A DNA stretch of 64,000 nucleotides from the NCBI RefSeq assembly GCF_006345805.1, contig NC_043000.1:96224001-96288000 (forward strand), written 5' to 3'. Position 1 is the stretch's first letter; every line of letters begins with the position of its first letter. This document shows positions 1 to 12,699 of this stretch, piece by piece. The translations under genes and the position numbers were made by a program. Source of the DNA: Octopus sinensis (lineage: Eukaryota). A model generated the notes under the pieces. The model did not search any database. It saw only the letters and a list, made by a program, of their open reading frames with translations, and had not been told where the DNA came from.

Positions 1-16
1 GAATATGGTCCAAAAG
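1..16 (+). CDS. CNOT1: CNOT1 exon, 5'-truncated by the window (NMVQK)
   Basis: aat atg gtc caa aag followed by a gtaagt donor at 17; in frame with the next exon and matches the CNOT1 'NMTQKVEEL' region. Confidence 0.8.
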
Positions 17-300
17 GTAAGTTTTTTTTTTTCTTTTTTATACCAACCCACTAGAGACTCCCTTTGGTTTTTGGGATACAAATTTCCTGTTTTAAAGTGT
101 TCTAGATTAAACCTTTCCTTTAAAATTTTATGCTAATTTACATCTTAAATACCAGTTAAATAACAACAAAATTATTTTCCTAAATTCTTCATTATTTTCA
201 AAATTAATTAAAACAAAGGCAGAATATTTCAGTAGAAACATGGTAACAAAAGCATTAAACTATAAAAGTTTTAAAAATTGCCGTTTTTTCTTATTACTAG

Positions 301-480
301 GCAGAAGAATTGCAAGAACATGCCACAGAGGAATATGTACCTTGGATTGCTATGTATATGGTTATGAAGAGGGCCAGTATTGAACCAAACTTCCATGTTT
401 TGTATGCCAACTTTGTAGATGTTCTCCAGATCAATAACTTTTATTCTATGGTGCTGAAAGAAACTTTCAGAAATATCAAG
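301..480 (+). CDS. CNOT1: CNOT1 exon (CAF1-binding MIF4G region)
   Basis: AG/GT bounded, 180 nt; [35 protein letters not shown]...ETFRNIK. Confidence 0.95.
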
Positions 481-781
481 GTAATATATGGATTATCAAA
501 CTTATTTAAAAATGTATATATGATGTGATAAATGAATTTGTTTTTGAAATTAGAATTTAATTGTATGGCTTTCTGGTTAAAGATTAAAAAAATTTTTTTT
601 TTTACTTGTGCTACATTGCAAGAACATGCCACAGAACAGTATGTGCTTTGGATTGCTATGTATATGGTTATGAAGAGAGCCATTATTTTAATTTGAAAAA
701 TTTTGAAATGAAATCTCAAGCTGAATGAGAACTATTGCAAACATTGTATTCTATTTTTATGGAATAAATTTCTAATTGTAG

Positions 782-898
782 GTACTATTGCGAAGTGATA
801 AAGGAGTGGCAAACTTTTCTGATAGATCTCTCTTGAAGAATTTGGGACATTGGCTAGGAATGCTTACTTTGGCAAAGAACAAACCCATTTTACAGATT
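782..898 (+). CDS. CNOT1: CNOT1 exon
   Basis: 117 nt; [39 protein letters not shown]. Confidence 0.95.
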
Positions 899-1007
899 GT
901 ACGTATTCAACATCATTTTCTTAAAGTATTTATTTTTATGAACAAGGTAAAATAGAATGATTACTTGTTAAATTGGTTAATTAATCGATTTGTTTTTTTT
1001 ATTTTAG

Positions 1008-1118
1008 GATATTGATTTGAAAGCTCTACTTTATGAAGCTTATAATAAGGGAGCGCAAGAGCTACTGTATGTTGTCCCATTTACTGCCAAAGTCCTACAG
1101 TCATGTGCCAAAAGCAAG
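1008..1118 (+). CDS. CNOT1: CNOT1 exon
   Basis: 111 nt; [37 protein letters not shown]. Confidence 0.95.
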
Positions 1119-1883
1119 GTATGTAGTTTTGAACTGATTCAATCAGTCTTTTTAATTATGTAAATTATTATAAGCTTGATCTATATTTTCAAATGTAGTG
1201 TTGGATCCAGTCTCACTGTATAGCAACTATAGTCCTCAGCTGACCAGTCTTGTGAGCAGATTTATTAGATGGAAACTGAAAGAAGCTTGTGTGTGTTGAT
1301 TGTAAATGAACATCATTATACATGTGAGGTTATCCATCTCCAGTTTTCAGTGAAAACATAGTTATGGGAAAAGTATTATCTTGGTTTTAAAAACTGAAGG
1401 TTAGCAACAGTAAGGGCATCAGACTGTACAAAATCCATCTTATCAAATTACGTTTGACTCGTGCAAGCATGGAAGAGTGGCCATTAAATGATGATGGAAG
1501 ACCATAACTATATGTGTTTTGAAGTATGTTAATTGTTAAGCTTTATAATTTTATTTTAATTTTAACTTCGACAATAATAGCAACAATGATAAACTAGAAA
1601 GTGAACTTGCTTCCCTTCTCTTCTCTCCTTTGCGATTTGGTCCTCTTCAGTATTATGAGATTCTTGTAGGTGCAGCTTGTGAAAGACCTCTGTCCCTCTT
1701 TCCTTTCTCTCTTTGAATTTTTGAATTGTTTCCTCAAGATCTTTTTAACTGAACACTAATTATAAATTTCAATCTACAAGATTAAATCCCTTTGAAATAA
1801 ATGAGCTTGTTTTATTGCAGTTGAAATACATTTTTGAAAATTGGGAGATGAAAGCTGTATTTTATTTTGTTCATTTATTTAAG

Positions 1884-2018
1884 GTTTTCAAACCACCAAA
1901 CCCTTGGACAATGGCAGGTATGAATGTTTTGGCTGAATTGCATCAGGAACAAGAACTGAAATTAAACCTAAAGTTTGAGATTGAGGTTTTATGCAAGAAT
2001 TTACAGTTAGATGTTTCA
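1884..2018 (+). CDS. CNOT1: CNOT1 exon
   Basis: 135 nt; [45 protein letters not shown]. Confidence 0.95.
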
Positions 2019-2116
2019 GTAAGTTGCCTATTTTAAAGAATTGGAGGTTTATTATGCAGATATGAATTAAGTAACATAACTGAAATTTCCTTTTTGTTCA
2101 TTTCTCTTCTTTTTAG

Positions 2117-2389
2117 GAACTAAAAGCTACAAGTTACTTGAAAGATTTAAGTCGATTAAGTACCATTGAAAATCAGCTGTCTGCTCCAGTTAAACCACCT
2201 CCATCAGGAACTCCTCAGCAGGATGATATGTCTGTAGCTGTTGTAAGTGCTAGTACTCCAACTGTAATATCAACACCAACTACAACTATTGCTAATGCTA
2301 TACCAATACCACAGCAACCTCAATTTAGGTACCAAGATATTACCAACCTAGCCTCTGGAATTAGTCACCAGATTGTTATCAATGAACAG
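2117..2389 (+). CDS. CNOT1: CNOT1 exon (low-complexity linker)
   Basis: 273 nt, ttttag acceptor and gtaagc donor; ELKATSYLKDLSRL...PQFRYQDI...IVINEQ. Confidence 0.9.
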
Positions 2390-3011
2390 GTAAGCTTTTT
2401 AACTTTTTAATTAAATCTGTGGTTGTGTGGTTATGAAGCTTGCCATGCTGGAGCAGTGCCTTCAAGGAGTTGGAGTAGATTGACCCCAATACTTACCTTT
2501 TGTGTCTGATACTTGTTACATCGGTCTTTCTTGCAAAACATCTGGGTTTCAGGGATGTAAACAAACCAACACCAGTTGGTGGTGAGACATACACAAACTA
2601 CTGAAGCCTTGTGGGTGAATTTGGTACATGGTAACTGAAAGAAGCCCATCGCTTGCATTTGTATGTTTGTTACTGTATCCTTGCCATGACACTGCATGAT
2701 AGTTGTAAATGAATGTTGCTGTCATACAAGTGTTTCCTCCATTCCCAATCTTCTGTGAAAACATGTCTGGTCATGAGGGAATATTACGTCACTTGGAAAC
2801 AGGTGAGGGTTGGTGACTGGAAGCGTAGCCAGCCCTAGATCTGTCTCAACAAGTTTCATCCTACCTGTGCGAGCATAGAAAGGAAAATGTAATGATACTT
2901 TGTGAGAATATGCTAAGTGGAATTAGGAAGTAATTTCAATGTAAAATGATAAGCCATTTTGATTACATTTTCCAATAAGATATATGAATGTCTTTTCTTT
3001 TTTATTTTCAG

Positions 3012-3152
3012 ATTTTGTTGTTCCATAATCATCAAAGTCTAAAGCAGTGTGTCCGTCCTGCCATTGAAAGAGCTATTCATGAACTTCTTCCACCTGTTGT
3101 TGATAGGTCAATAAAAATTGCTCTTACAACATGTGAACAAATAACCAAAAAG
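3012..3152 (+). CDS. CNOT1: CNOT1 exon (start of CNOT9/CAF40-binding domain, DUF3819)
   Basis: 141 nt; [47 protein letters not shown]. Confidence 0.95.
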
Positions 3153-4673
3153 GTAAATTTTCTTTAATAATGATGCAAATACAAGGTGGGCCAAGTCATG
3201 CACAAATTAAGTTCAATACTACTACTGCCAAAATACACATTTGAAGCATTACACACACAAAAGAGGTGCCAATTAAAAAGAAATCATGCCAAAGCTGACA
3301 GAGATTAGCACAATCCTGTTATCAGCTTCTGTCAAACCATCCAACTCGTTCCAGCTTGGGAAAACAGATATTGAATGATGTCAGGTTGCACTGTTCTAAT
3401 GTTTACATATACATTATGTTTCTAGAGCGATAGCTGTCATGTGGGCAACTTTTGAAGTATACTTTTGCCACAGTATCACGAAATATAGCGTCATTTAATG
3501 TCCATTCTCCATGTTGGCATGATTTGGACGTTTTGACGAAAGCTGCACCAGGTTGCAATCTGGTTTGGCTTGGTTTCTACTGTTGGATACCTTTTCTAAT
3601 GCCAACCACTTACAGTGTATGCTGGGTGATTTTTATGTGGCACCAGCATGGGGCTCTTGCAGGACAATCCTCTTCAGCAGAGGGAGTGGCATTACCACTT
3701 TTTTGTACTTGTATAGGATATTGAAAGAGAAAAATATTTATTACCTTAAATCTTTGGCATTTAACTGGCCATATCCTGAACAATCACATCATCAAAATAT
3801 CTTAACTATGAGATAATGCATGATTAATTCAAAATAATGTGAATGCTAAATGGTTAAAATAAAGGGAATAAAATTCTCATTTGTATAACTGCTCTGTTAT
3901 TTACTCACTCTGTTCTCCTGATATATTCTTTCACAGTCTATGTGTTTGTATGTAGCATATCTTCATTGCCTGCCACCAAGCCTAGTATGTGCATTCATCC
4001 TGGCACCTCTCATGTTAACTGATTTCTCTAGACATGCTTCCTATGTATGCAAGAAAAGAGTAAATACAACCAACCAACATTTATAGTCTTATTACAGATA
4101 GATGGTGTTATGTTACTATCAGTCATGATGCTCCACTGTTGATTGTGTGTGCGTACACGAGCGTGCGCATGTGCACACACACTCACACACAATGGGTCCA
4201 GGCTTGGCTGTATAATTAAGAAGTTTGCCTCTCAGCCACATGGTTTCAGGTTCGGTTCTATTGTGTGGCACCTTGGGCAAGTGTTAATATAGCCCCATAC
4301 CAACCAAAGCCTTGTGAGCAGATTTGGTTGATGAAAAATGAAAGAAGCCTCTCATATATGTATACTTGTGTATGTGTGTTTGCATGCGTGCTTGTATGTT
4401 TGTGTCTTTGTTTGACATTGTATAACAGTTTCGTCATTTCTGCTATTCTGTGAAAAAACCTGTCTTGCCATGGGGAAATATTACCTTGCTTGGAAACAGA
4501 TAAAGGTTTGGTAACAGGAATGGCATCTATTCACAGAGTATCTTCCTCAAATACTCTGACCTATGCAAGCATGGGAAAGTGGGTCTTAAAACAACAGTTA
4601 TACATGCATGTATGTTCTGAAGAAATTTAGTAGGGTGCAATTATTTATAGGATTTATGTGCTTTTATTTGTAG

Positions 4674-4829
4674 GATTTTGCATTGGATCCTGATGAAAAC
4701 AGAATGCGTACTGCAGCTCAGAATATGATTTGTAGTATGACAGCAGGATTAACTCTCATCACTTGTCGAGAACCAGTTTTCATGGCCCTCAATAACCATT
4801 TGAAACAAGCCTTCTTGAACGTCTTGCGT
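4674..4829 (+). CDS. CNOT1: CNOT1 exon (DUF3819)
   Basis: 156 nt; DFALDPDENRMRTAAQNMICSMTAGLTLITCREP...NVLR. Confidence 0.95.
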
Positions 4830-6644
4830 GTAAGTAATTAATTAGGAATTTAACACAACCACTTTCCAACTTTATTTCAAGATCACTTGTAAATTTGCAA
4901 AACTTCAAATGCTACCTTATCAAATACAATCATATTTTTGAAGTGGTCTCCTTACTATATGTGTTATTGTCTAAAGGGAGGTATTCTCTGTTGATGAAAA
5001 ACAACAGCGATTAGATATTCATGTTTGTATCTGCTAGAATGTACTAAGTATGAATAGATATGGTGGTGTTCAGATTCTTGCTGTTCTTGCACCTCATGAA
5101 TTATCTTTTTATGTCTTAATTCATTTTGGAAATTAAGAATTTGCAAAGATTTAGTGAAACAACTTTTAAAAAAAAAATTTTTATATTAAACTGGTATTTG
5201 GAATATTATACAAGATATTCATATAAGTTATTATGGGAAGTTTTAATTTAGATATGAGCAGTTTCATATGACGGATGTATTATAAAATCAAAGGCAGTCA
5301 TATGCTGTTTATTAAGAAATAAGTTAAACACTGTCATGTCACAAGATATTGTGATTTAGTTGTTTACTATAAATATACAATCACTTTTAGTATATGGAAA
5401 TTATATGCAGCATACACTTATCTCGTGCTGTTATGTAGTATGGGATAAAATCTCGAGGTATATTCTGTAACCCAATATAGCATTAAAACAAATGACTTAT
5501 CACTCCACTAATTAAGTGAACTAGCTACCAAGAATATATTCTATATGTAAATTGGTCTATCCAATTTCTTTAAGCCCTTGGTAATATATTTACCAGCAAT
5601 CTCTTCATGTACAGTTAAGAGGGTAATGGAGCGCTGATGAAACCCTTGTACAGAATTAAGTGTAAACTGATTCTTTTTGTCCTTGAAAATATATATAAAG
5701 ATAAGATGTTTACAACTGTCCATTTACATATGGAACTGGCTAAAATTTAGAAATGTTATGTATTAATTATACATTAGTTATAAGAATACAAGAATCTTTA
5801 TTGGAAAGTATATACAAAATTCTTTTCTATCTTTATCATATTCATGTTTTTCCTCATATACTGAAATATTTATTGTACTTTCTTGGGCTTCTGTTGGGTC
5901 TTTGAAACTACTACCTGGAGCTACTACAATATATCCTGGCATTCAGATTTTAGTGGATATGTGGGTTTCTAATGATGTTATGGAAAAATACTTGGAAAGC
6001 TCAGTTGTAAAATGTGTAGCTTAAACCTTTTATTACCATGTCTGTTGAAATACACTACCTTTTGTTTTAATTAATTTTGAAAATAATGAAGAATTTAGTA
6101 AAGTAATTTTGTTAATTAGCTAGTGTTTGGAACATAAATTGATGCAAAATTTTGAAAGGCTTTCATTGAGATAATATTAAACAGAAAGTTTATGTTTTAG
6201 AACCAGAGATGGCTTCAGGAGGGTTGGCATCAAATGAGTTGAGTATCTGATAATCCATTAATGAATTCTATAGGTTACAAATGTAAAAGTTGAAGAAAAG
6301 TCTTAACTTGCAAATGATAGTTTGATGTAAATATCATTTGAGGCTAATCAAGTATTCGTTAATGTTAGAATTCAAATATTAACTTCCCTTAGGTACTGAA
6401 AGTTTCCATATTGAATTTTGAAACTTCAGAATTAAATATAGGTGTTTTGAATAGTTAGATTAAAAGATGTTTTGGATGAATCGTATGACCAAGGTATTTA
6501 ATAATTATTTTAATAAATCCACTCAGTTATTTGTGTAGCTTTTAAATTATTTTACATGTGTAAAAGGTTTTATAGCAGCTTTTTCAATGATTTACTTAAA
6601 TTATAACATATATTTTTTTATTATACTGTCTTCTGTCTTCATAG

Positions 6645-6785
6645 AATGCTAGTATAACTCAAAAAGAACTTGTTGACCAAGCAGTAACTCAGTTGGCTCA
6701 GGACAATACAGAACTTGCATCAGCTATTATTCAGAAAAGTGCAGTTGAAAAAGCTCTTCCAGAAATGGACCGACGTCTTTCTACT
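6645..6785 (+). CDS. CNOT1: CNOT1 exon (DUF3819)
   Basis: 141 nt; [47 protein letters not shown]. Confidence 0.95.
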
Positions 6786-7430
6786 GTGAGTATAATAAAC
6801 TGAAATTAAAAATGTGAATTAATAGAAGTATTTCTAACAAATCTTGTGTAGTCATTTCATGTTTAATGTTGAATTACCTGTGTACAAACTTGCAGCTACT
6901 GGTGCAGTCTTGCCTGGTGTTAGCACAGGTGCGACTCTGTGGTTAAGAAGCTTACTTCCTAATAATGTGGTTTTGGATTTGATCCCACTTTGCAAGTAGA
7001 TTTGATAGCTGGAAACTGGAAAAAGTCTTGTGTGTGTGTGCATGTGTGTTCCTTCAACTTGCTGCCCATTTCCAATATTCCATGAAAAATATGTCTGGCC
7101 AAGGGGAACTATTACATTGCTTGGGAAAGGGTGACGGTTGGTGACAGGAAGAGGACTTGGCCACAAAATTTGCCCCATTGAATTATCTGACCTATACAAG
7201 CATGAAAATGGAGCATTCGAGCATAAACACTTCACTAGATTGTTCGAAAATGAGAAAATTTAAAGGCAAAAGTCTGATTCAGCTCAAACTAATATGTAAA
7301 TTCATTCTTGCATTTATCTGATTTTAGATTGGCAGATATTTTATGTTCAAAAATTTTTTTCTTTTTTAGTTTTTATTACATTTTTGTTTAATTTAGTTCA
7401 TTTATTGAAAGGCTACTTCTTAAATTTTAG

Positions 7431-7535
7431 GAATTTGAACTCCGACGCCATGCACGTGGTGAAGGTCGTCGTTATTGTGATCCAGTAGTCCTTACTTACC
7501 AAGCTGAAAGGATGCCTGAGCAAATACGATTACGT
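7431..7535 (+). CDS. CNOT1: CNOT1 exon
   Basis: 105 nt; [35 protein letters not shown]. Confidence 0.95.
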
Positions 7536-7642
7536 GTAAGTAATAGTGTGTTTCTGCTTATGTGATTTCTGTTCTTGTTATTTTACATAGAAGGCCTTGT
7601 TGCAAGCTGTTTATATAATTTAAATTCTATTTTTCACAAAAG

Positions 7643-7765
7643 GTTGGTGGTGTCACTCCAGTACAGGTAGCAGTCTATGATGAATTTGCACGCAACATAC
7701 CTGGCTTCTTACCAATAAATGAAACCAGAGTACCATCTGGCATAATAACAAAGGCACTTCCCCCT
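7643..7765 (+). CDS. CNOT1: CNOT1 exon
   Basis: 123 nt; VGGVTPVQVAVYDEFARNIPGFLP...KALPP. Confidence 0.93.
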
Positions 7766-7808
7766 GTAAGAATATTTTAATTTTAGTTCAAGCTTTTTTC
7801 TTGTAATA

Positions 7809-7886
7809 CAGTTCTATATTTAAGAGATGAGGAATTATGTACATTATTTACATTTGACGGATATCCGTCAAATGTAAATAATGTAC
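7809..7886. mobile_element. Collapsed copy of the 60165-61006 element family, with a 48-bp perfect palindrome
   Basis: cagttctatatttaagagatgaggaattatgtac...gacggata matches 60165-60218; palindrome at 7839-7886. Confidence 0.6.
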
Positions 7887-9160
7887 TTTTTTCTTATATC
7901 TTACATTATGCAAATTTTGGGTTGCTTTTTTTATTTTCTCTTGTTAATCTTTATAAGTTTTTTTTTTATACATTAAATATTTGACTAAAATTCTTCATGG
8001 TCACAGTATAATGACTGAAACGAGAAAAAAAATGAGATATATATATAATAGATAAAGCGATAAGATAGTGAAGTGGGTAAAGCCATAAATAATAGTCTGT
8101 AGAATATTGTATGAAAATATGTTGAAGATTGGGGTTTTTTAACCCAATATTTTACAGGCTATTATTTATAGCTTTATCTACTTCCAGTTTCACCATAAAA
8201 AAAAAGAAGGAAAATTATTCTCTTTTAGTTTATAGATTCTTATAATGTAAATGTGTTACAACTTTTGCTGGTAAGAACAAAACTTCTAAAATAGATGGAG
8301 AAAAGTTGCTTCGGTATAATGGTTAGCACATCATTTTCACAGATTTGGGTTCATGTCTCACTAGCAGACTTGGACTTTTTAACCATTCAAGGGTTTTTAC
8401 CTCAATGTTCTATACCCAACTATGTAAAGCTTCATCTACATTGAGTCCTACCATAAAATATAATCTATTTCAATTCTCTTCATCATCATCATCCTTAACA
8501 TCTGTTTTTCATGCTGGCATGGATTGGACAGTTTGAACCAGAGTGCAGCAGGTTCACTTGATTTGGCATGGTTTCTATGTCTGGATGCCCTTTCTAATGG
8601 CAACCACTTTACAGTGTGTGCTGGGTGCTTTTAACATGGCGCTGCATAAGCACTTTTACGCGGCACCGGCACAAGACTCTTGCAGGCCAATCCTCTTCAC
8701 CAGTGGGAGCATCCTTGTCAGTTCAGTGTAGGGTGGGTCTTCTTGAGTATAAGGCATCAGGTAGAATTTTTATAATGGAGTGGTTTAGCATTAGGAAGGG
8801 CATCCAGCTATAGAAACCATGTCAAATCAGATTGGAACCTGGTGCAGCTCTCCAGCTTACCAGTTTCAGTCAAACCGTTTAGCCCATGCCAGCATGGAAA
8901 GCAGACACTAAATGATGGTCATGATGTAAGCATACACACACACACACACACACACTTTACGTTTAGGCTGCCTGACAATAGCTTAGCTGGACGAAACTTT
9001 GAAGTCACTGTCAATGACTTTCTTGTATAAAAATGATAAATTTGTACTCTATAAAAGTATTGAGTAATCTATCAGATAAATGTAAAATGTTTTTATTATA
9101 ACTGAACATAAAAACAAATATTAATATAATTTATACATTTATGTTTTGTTTTTATTATAG

Positions 9161-9346
9161 TCCTATCCAGATGGTATGAGCCAAGTATTTGACAAAGTCA
9201 TTCGTGACATTGAGCAGAATTGCCAGCAACTGTTAAATAGTGTGACCTCTACCCACCTAGGTTTACAGTTGCAAGGAGTCATTGATGCTATTCTTGTTGC
9301 CAGAACTAATAGAGACGTACCATCGTCATCTGCTCTCGTCCAAAAG
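9161..9346 (+). CDS. CNOT1: CNOT1 exon
   Basis: 186 nt; SYPDGMSQVFDKVIRDIEQ...SSSALVQK; in frame with flanking exons. Confidence 0.88.
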
Positions 9347-9444
9347 GTGATGAAATTTTTTACTTTTACAAAATGTACCTATTTGTTTATCTTGGGCAAT
9401 TATGTAAATATAAGCCTATATAACTTTTTGTTTGCTTGTTTTAG

Positions 9445-9590
9445 GTTGTCGAGGCACTTGTTGAACATTACAGCAGCAGCATGGCTGATCAAGACATGAT
9501 GAGATTCTGTGAATGCTGCTTGCATGTCCTCAAAGGACTTAGTGACATCAGAGTTTTTGGTCCCCAATGGACAATGAAACAAGTTACTAG
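9445..9590 (+). CDS. CNOT1: CNOT1 exon
   Basis: 146 nt, phase 2 end; VVEALVEHY...VLKGLSDIRVFGPQWTMKQVT(R). Confidence 0.92.
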
Positions 9591-10664
9591 GTTTAGTATT
9601 TTCTTTAAATTATCTTTGTAACTTTTATTTTTTCCATAATCATCATCGTCATCATTTATCCTCTGTTGTCTGGGTTGGACGGTTTGGCCAGAGCTGGTAA
9701 GATGAGGGGCTGTACCAGACACAAGTCTGATTTGGCATGGTTTTTATAACTGGATGCCCTTCCTGGTGCCAACCACCCTGAGAATGTCATGGGTGCTTTT
9801 GTGTGCCACTGGCACAGGTGCCAGTTATATGACAGCAGTATCTGTCATGACTATGATTTCACTTGTCTTGATGGGTCTTCTCAAGCACAGCAATGATTGT
9901 TAGACATCTGTGTTGGTTTTGAATTAATCATACATTATTGTGTAGCTTTGAGATTTCGATGATGAAATCATGACATTGTAGGGTAGGCGTGAGAGGCAGA
10001 ATCTGGGTGGTTTGAACATAAAAACTGGTAGAATATTTAGGTTACATATGGCTGGTTTAAAAGAAATTGTGTTTAATGCTTACTCTGATACCACAATCTT
10101 TTATCCTTTTTTCCAGCTCCACATGCATTACTCTCACTCACATTTATATAATGCAAGGTAGTTGTTGACTACATCTACAGCAAGAAACCCATTCCTGTTC
10201 ATTTTCATACTTTACTGTCAAGCTCAAGTATAAAGCCACTTCTCTCTCTTTTATAGTCCCTCTTAGTCGAGGAGGTGGGGTGGGGTCTTAGTCTTGTGAG
10301 TTATGTGGTAATCTTACTGGTGCTGGCACCATGAAAAAAGACGCCCTTTACACTCTGTAAGTGGTTGGTGTTAGGAATGGTGTCCAGATGTAGATGTCAG
10401 GCCATAGCAGAGATAAGAGACAACACTATCCTTTATCTTGTTTGATCCTGTTGAAATATCCAACCCATACTTGCATGGAAGATGGATGTTGAATGATGAT
10501 GATATGCCATTAGCCATTTAGTTTGTTTTTTTAGAAATGCAAAAATATGAGGTCAGTTGGAGGTTTATATATCACCTTTTAAGGTCCAACTTAGAATCTA
10601 AAGAGTCCAAGGACTGAATCCTGCTCCAATTTACACACACACACACACACTATATATATATATA

Positions 10665-10931
10665 TAAATTTAAATAATGAAGGTGATAAATTGAATATTA
10701 ATTTAAATAATATCAAATTTAAAACCAGTAGCCTAGCATATAGAAAAATCTGAAAATTCAAAAAAATTGTAATGCATGCGTATAATAGGGATGACCACTA
10801 AGTGGACATCCTATATGCTGGTGTTTGCTGAATTTCTCTAGAGGACATTCTTTTCTTTGTAGTTAGATCGTAGGTGATCTTCTTCTAGCATATTGGATGT
10901 CCACTTAGTGGTCATTCCTATTATACACATG
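10665..10931. mobile_element. Fold-back repeat fragment beside (CA)n(TA)n, possibly Penelope-like
   Basis: 46-bp inverted arms 10775-10820 and 10886-10931 with 4 mismatches. Confidence 0.4.
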
Positions 10932-11161
10932 TATATATATGATTGAAATTCTCCTTACTTTCTACTGTCTATAAATCATATGGTAGCAAAAATGAGATTA
11001 TTAGACCGGACATTTTCACTCTTCAAACATTTTCATTTGTTTAGAAATAGCTATTTTATAATTTTTTTGTTCAAACACACATTTAAAATTGTCATAAAGT
11101 GTATGCTAGTTTACTTTCTTGTTCTATAATTTACACTGCACTTTTTCTTTTAAAATTTCAG

Positions 11162-11270
11162 ATCTGTTTTTGACTGCAGGGAAGAAATAAAATATAATTT
11201 AGATGCCTTTGAGCAGCTGCTGAAAAACCATTTCCTCAATATTCAGCAGTTTGATATGTACCTTGCCCAA
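11162..11270 (+). CDS. CNOT1: CNOT1 exon
   Basis: 109 nt; SVFDCREEIKYNLDAFEQLLKNHFLNIQQFDMYLAQ. Confidence 0.93.
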
Positions 11271-11637
11271 GTATGTCATTGTATATTTTTATTTTAGTAA
11301 TTTGTAGTCACTCATCTGGTGTTTACTTATGAAATACTTATTTAAGATTTAAGTCCTTGAAAATAATCCTTTGCTCTTTAAGTTGGGAAAATAAAATGGC
11401 TTACTATGAAGTAGCTGTAGATTGTTCTAGCATTTTGTAACTTGAGCCAAGGCTTCATTTTTTTTTCAAGAATAAGTAATTAGAATTAATTTGTTAAATT
11501 CTATTTGAATTCAGTGTTTTCATACAGAAATAGTGTCTTCAGAAAAAAAAGTAAAATAAGTAAAAATGCATTACACTGAAAACCTTTAAATGGGATTTGA
11601 GTAATAAGTTGTTTTTTCTTTTCTTTTCTAAAACCAG

Positions 11638-11736
11638 CAAATTGATAATGGAATAAATTACATTGTAATGGTCTTTGCTATTGCCTTGGTACAAAAATTT
11701 GTCATTGATGATAAAGCAAGTGGTCTCGTCACCGAG
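11638..11736 (+). CDS. CNOT1: CNOT1 exon
   Basis: 99 nt; QIDNGINYIVMVFAIALVQKFVIDDKASGLVTE. Confidence 0.92.
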
Positions 11737-12321
11737 GTAAGTTTGTACTAATTTTACCAAAGAATTGATATATACCCCACCCATCCCCCAAACAAAGAAA
11801 AAAAACTTGGGTACAGGTGGGTTTGGGATTCAGTCCTACTGTGTGGCACCTTGGGCAAGTCTCTTCTGCCATGATCCTGAGCTGATCCAAACCTTTTGAG
11901 TGGATTTGGTTGACAGAAATTGAAGAAGCTCATATATGTGTATTTCCTTGTCTTGAGATTACTTGATAATCATAAATGAATGTCACTGTCCCACAGGTAA
12001 TACCAGTCATTTGCAATAGTCTGTGGAAAAATGTTTAGCTAAGTGTAAATAATTACCTTGGTTGGAAACAGGTGAGGGTTGGTGACAGGAACGGCATCCA
12101 GCTGATGAAACTCTGCCTCAGACTGTCCAACCCATGCCAGCATAGAAAAGTGGACGTCAAAATGTAAATTTTCCTTTTCCATTTTTAGATTAATTTTTTT
12201 TTCTTTCATAAGCAGTAAAACTAGTTTTAGTATAGAATGCTGAAACCTGTTTTAATTATAATTTATTTCTAAAATACATTATCTTTCTTAGCTGTTAGTC
12301 TTACAAAAATCTCTTTTACAG

Positions 12322-12389
12322 GCTGACCTTCATAACACTATTGAAGTGTTATTGAGGATACATTCTCGTTCGAGACCTTCTCCTGATGG
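12322..12389 (+). CDS. CNOT1: CNOT1 exon
   Basis: 68 nt; ADLHNTIEVLLRIHSRSRPSPD(G). Confidence 0.9.
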
Positions 12390-12699
12390 GTTAGTGATCT
12401 ATTATTATCTTCTTTCTCTTTCTTTTTCTTTCTCTCTCTCTCTCTCTCAAAACCTAAATTTTTCTGTTTTTTACTTTTTTCTTTAACTTTTGCAATTTGT
12501 GCACGTGGCCATATGGTTAGTAGCTTGCTTCCCAACTATGTGGTCTTGGGTTCAGTACCCCTGCAGGGCACCTTGAGTAAATTCCTTTCATTCTATCCTT
12601 GGACCAACCAAAGCCTTGTGAGTGGATTTGGTAGACAGAGCTGAAAGAAGCTTGTGTGCGCGTGTGTGTAATTATTGCTTACCAAATAAAGTTGTAAAT

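Noticed and set aside
5320-5730. Run of short hairpins with CTGATGA (5634-5640) and ANANNA-like motifs in a CNOT1 intron, as a possible hammerhead or snoRNA cluster
   Set aside because: No stem II-GAAA register after CTGATGA, no convincing box spacing or rRNA guide; short stems are expected by chance in AT-rich DNA
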